Shown here piece after piece: positions 62,007 through 64,000 of a stretch of DNA of 64,000 nt (position 1 is the first letter of the stretch; every line of letters begins with the position of its first letter). Position numbers and translations under genes: made by a program. Below the pieces are notes generated by a model. The model was given only the letters and a program-made list of their open reading frames with translations. It was not told the DNA's origin and did no database searches. Origin of the DNA: Euglena gracilis (taxonomy: Eukaryota); NCBI GenBank assembly GCA_039621445.1, contig CP154954.1, positions 47,347,847 through 47,411,846 on the forward strand, in the 5' to 3' direction.

Positions 62007-62079
62007 GGTAGTCGGGAAGAGTTCAGAGGGCTGGGGGATGCGGGCACGGGCCAGCGAGTGGTGGGGGGTGGGGGGTGCA

Positions 62080-62991
62080 TCATGGGGTGTGATCGGGGTC
62101 GGACCATGGTACGGCGGGGAAGGATCCAACACCGACGGTGCGCTGCCGTTGTTGCGGCGGATGAGTTGGGAGAGGAATCCCGGGGACGCAACGTGGGTCA
62201 TCGGAAGGATCCAACAGCGGTGGCGGTGGTCGGAATACGTGTTCTTGGATCCATTCGACGATGCACTCCGCCACCACCCCCGCGGACGTGTCGGAGTTGG
62301 TGTGGACCGCATTGGGTATGGGGTTCTGGACGGGCATGTGGGTGGGCGGGTGCTGCCGCGGCTGGCTGTGTCCCACGGCGGGGTGGGGGGTGTGGACGCT
62401 GGTGTGTGCGCTGCTGTGGTGGCACGCGGGCAGCGCGCCCTCCAGGATGGGTCGGAGTGTGGGCCAACAGCCCTTGGCGAACGCGTGACTGCGGTGGGCC
62501 AAACCGGCGAATACCACCCCGGATACGGAGCAGGTTTCCAAGGATTGGCCACCGGACCGACATTCCCGCATCCCCAGTTGCCGCAGGATCTTGGGAAAGG
62601 CGGGGTCGTCCCAGGGGATGTGCCGCCAGAGGGCGTCGGCTGCGGGCCGGCTCCGTTCGATGGCCGCCTCCACCCGGTCGATCCACCCGCACCACCGCTC
62701 GGCGGGGACGTCCGCGGGCCGGGCCGGGTAGCCCCGCCGGGCGCGGGCCAGTAGGCATTTCCAGTACCAAAATTCCGCGTCCGTCCACAGGCGCCCGCCC
62801 GATGGCCGGGGATGCCGCTGCCGATGCTCCGCCTCGAGCCGCTGGCGGTGTTCGGCCTGTTCGACCAGCGCGGCGCGCTTGCGCTTGGCGTACCACCGGG
62901 CGCTGGCGACCTTCTTGCGGAGTTTGCGGTGGCGGGTCCACTCCTCCGGGGTGACGGCGGCCCGGCGCACGCGCGGACATCGTTGGCGCAT
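62080..62991 (-). CDS. hypothetical protein (303 aa) with a bZIP-like basic region and coiled coil
   Basis: 'RHRKLRKKVASARWYAKRKRAALVEQAEHRQRLEAE'. The ATG directly abuts the ATPase stop (TAGATG). Confidence 0.6.
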   Translation of the reverse strand: MRQRCPRVRRAAVTPEEWTRHRKLRKKVASARWYAKRKRAALVEQAEHRQRLEAEHRQRHPRPSGGRLWTDAEFWYWKCLLARARRGYPARPADVPAERWCGWIDRVEAAIERSRPAADALWRHIPWDDPAFPKILRQLGMRECRSGGQSLETCSVSGVVFAGLAHRSHAFAKGCWPTLRPILEGALPACHHSSAHTSVHTPHPAVGHSQPRQHPPTHMPVQNPIPNAVHTNSDTSAGVVAECIVEWIQEHVFRPPPPLLDPSDDPRCVPGIPLPTHPPQQRQRTVGVGSFPAVPWSDPDHTP

Positions 62992-64000
62992 CTACTGCCC
63001 GAACAGGTGCTGCAGGGAGCGGGAGAGGGTGGATTCGGCCAGGGGTACCCGGTGGTACTTCACCAGATTTTGGGGGTGGGTGAGGGAACTCAGGGGGTGG
63101 TGCGCCGCCCGGGTGAGCTGGGACCAGGACTCCGGGGTGAGTTCCGTGCGGGTGGGTGTCTTCGGGTGCGTGAGCCCCACGGACGGATCCGCCCCCCGGA
63201 TGTTGGCCACCCGCTCCGGCTCCACCGCCTTCAGGTGCTGGTGATCCGCGGGGGCGGGCAGACGGCGCCGCTCCATCTCGCGCTTCATGCGGTCGAGGAA
63301 GACGCAGAGGACCTCCGTCTCCTCGGGGAACCATTCGGCCACGTTCCAGTCGAGGCACCCCAGGGAGTTGTTGATGCAGATGCCGTTGAAGTTCTTGTCG
63401 ACCTCCCCGGTGCGGGGGTTGACGACGGAGCAGGTGTGCTGGTTGTAGATCCCCTTGAATTCCCGGAAGCGCTCGTAGTGTCCGGTCATGGAGATGAGCT
63501 CCCGGTAGATGCTTTCCAGGAGTTTTTCGTTGGTCGTTGGTCACGCGGGGTGTGGGTGACGTTCTGCCGGAGGAACGGGGACAGGGTGTGCCCCGAGGTC
63601 AGCGAGTGGTAGCACAGGCAGACGCTGAGCCGCTTGTGGCGGGCGACGGACAGCAGCCCCACGAAGTGGCGGTCGGTCCGGAAGGCCTCGTTCATCCCCA
63701 CGTCGTCCAGCCAGAGGAAGGTCCGGGGGATGGCGTGGGGGGCGACGGTGGCGTCCGTCCGCTGCAGGAACGCCGCGGAGAGGTCGGGGTGTACTCCGAG
63801 GTGATGAACACCTTGTCCCGGAACGGCTGGAGCCACGCGTACGAGTTCGCGGCCTCGAACAGGTACGTGGGCAGGACCAGGAAGTACTGGTCGAACACGT
63901 TGTTGCGGAGCAGCCACATGAGCAGCGTCATGACCCGGAAGGACTTGCCGCCACCCTTCTGTCCCAGGCACAACAGGATGGGCGCCTGGTACGGGTCGCG
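62992..64000 (-). pseudogene. A32/FtsK-like viral DNA packaging ATPase, 5'-truncated by the window, two frame disruptions
   Basis: Walker A 'LLCLGQKGGGKS', Walker B 'FLWLDD', 'ARHKRLSVCLCYHS' and 'SPFLRQNVTH'. A 1-nt loss in a C run at about 63788, and a 7-bp duplication (GACCAAC x2) with a deletion at about 63530-63550. Confidence 0.82.

Larger units (their letters stand above)
57600..64000. mobile_element. endogenous dsDNA virus-like element (Polinton-like virus/virophage or related), continuing beyond the window
   Basis: Abrupt rise in GC, loss of MITEs, tightly packed ORFs with no apparent introns, and an A32-type packaging ATPase. The left boundary is approximate. Confidence 0.72.

Noticed and set aside
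60775-63612. long plus-strand ORFs (659, 332 and 266 aa)
   Set aside because: They are shadow frames in high-GC DNA opposite better-supported minus-strand genes.

Overview
This is a repeat-saturated eukaryotic window, most likely from a euglenid, inferred from the non-conventional stem-forming introns and a probable trans-splice acceptor. From left to right it holds five blocks. (1) A chromodomain-bearing Ty3/Gypsy LTR retrotransposon (5' end outside the window) that carries, between gag and the protease, a C5-cytosine DNA methyltransferase directly followed by a DIRS/Dam-type N6-adenine methyltransferase. (2) A degenerate DIRS-type element (RNase H, adenine MTase, tyrosine recombinase). (3) A minus-strand two-RRM host gene that the ORF track misses, split into small exons over about 19 kb by mostly non-GT-AG introns up to 7 kb long and filled with MITEs. 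(4) About 25 kb of nested DNA-transposon debris: a shattered hAT transposase, an IS630/Tc1 fragment, MITEs, palindromes, satellites and three related PHD-associated ORF relics. (5) From about 57.6 kb to the window end, a GC-rich, gene-dense, apparently intron-less virus-like segment with an A32-type packaging ATPase and an F-box protein, probably an endogenous Polinton-like virus or virophage. All calls come from motif recognition by eye; no database searches were run.
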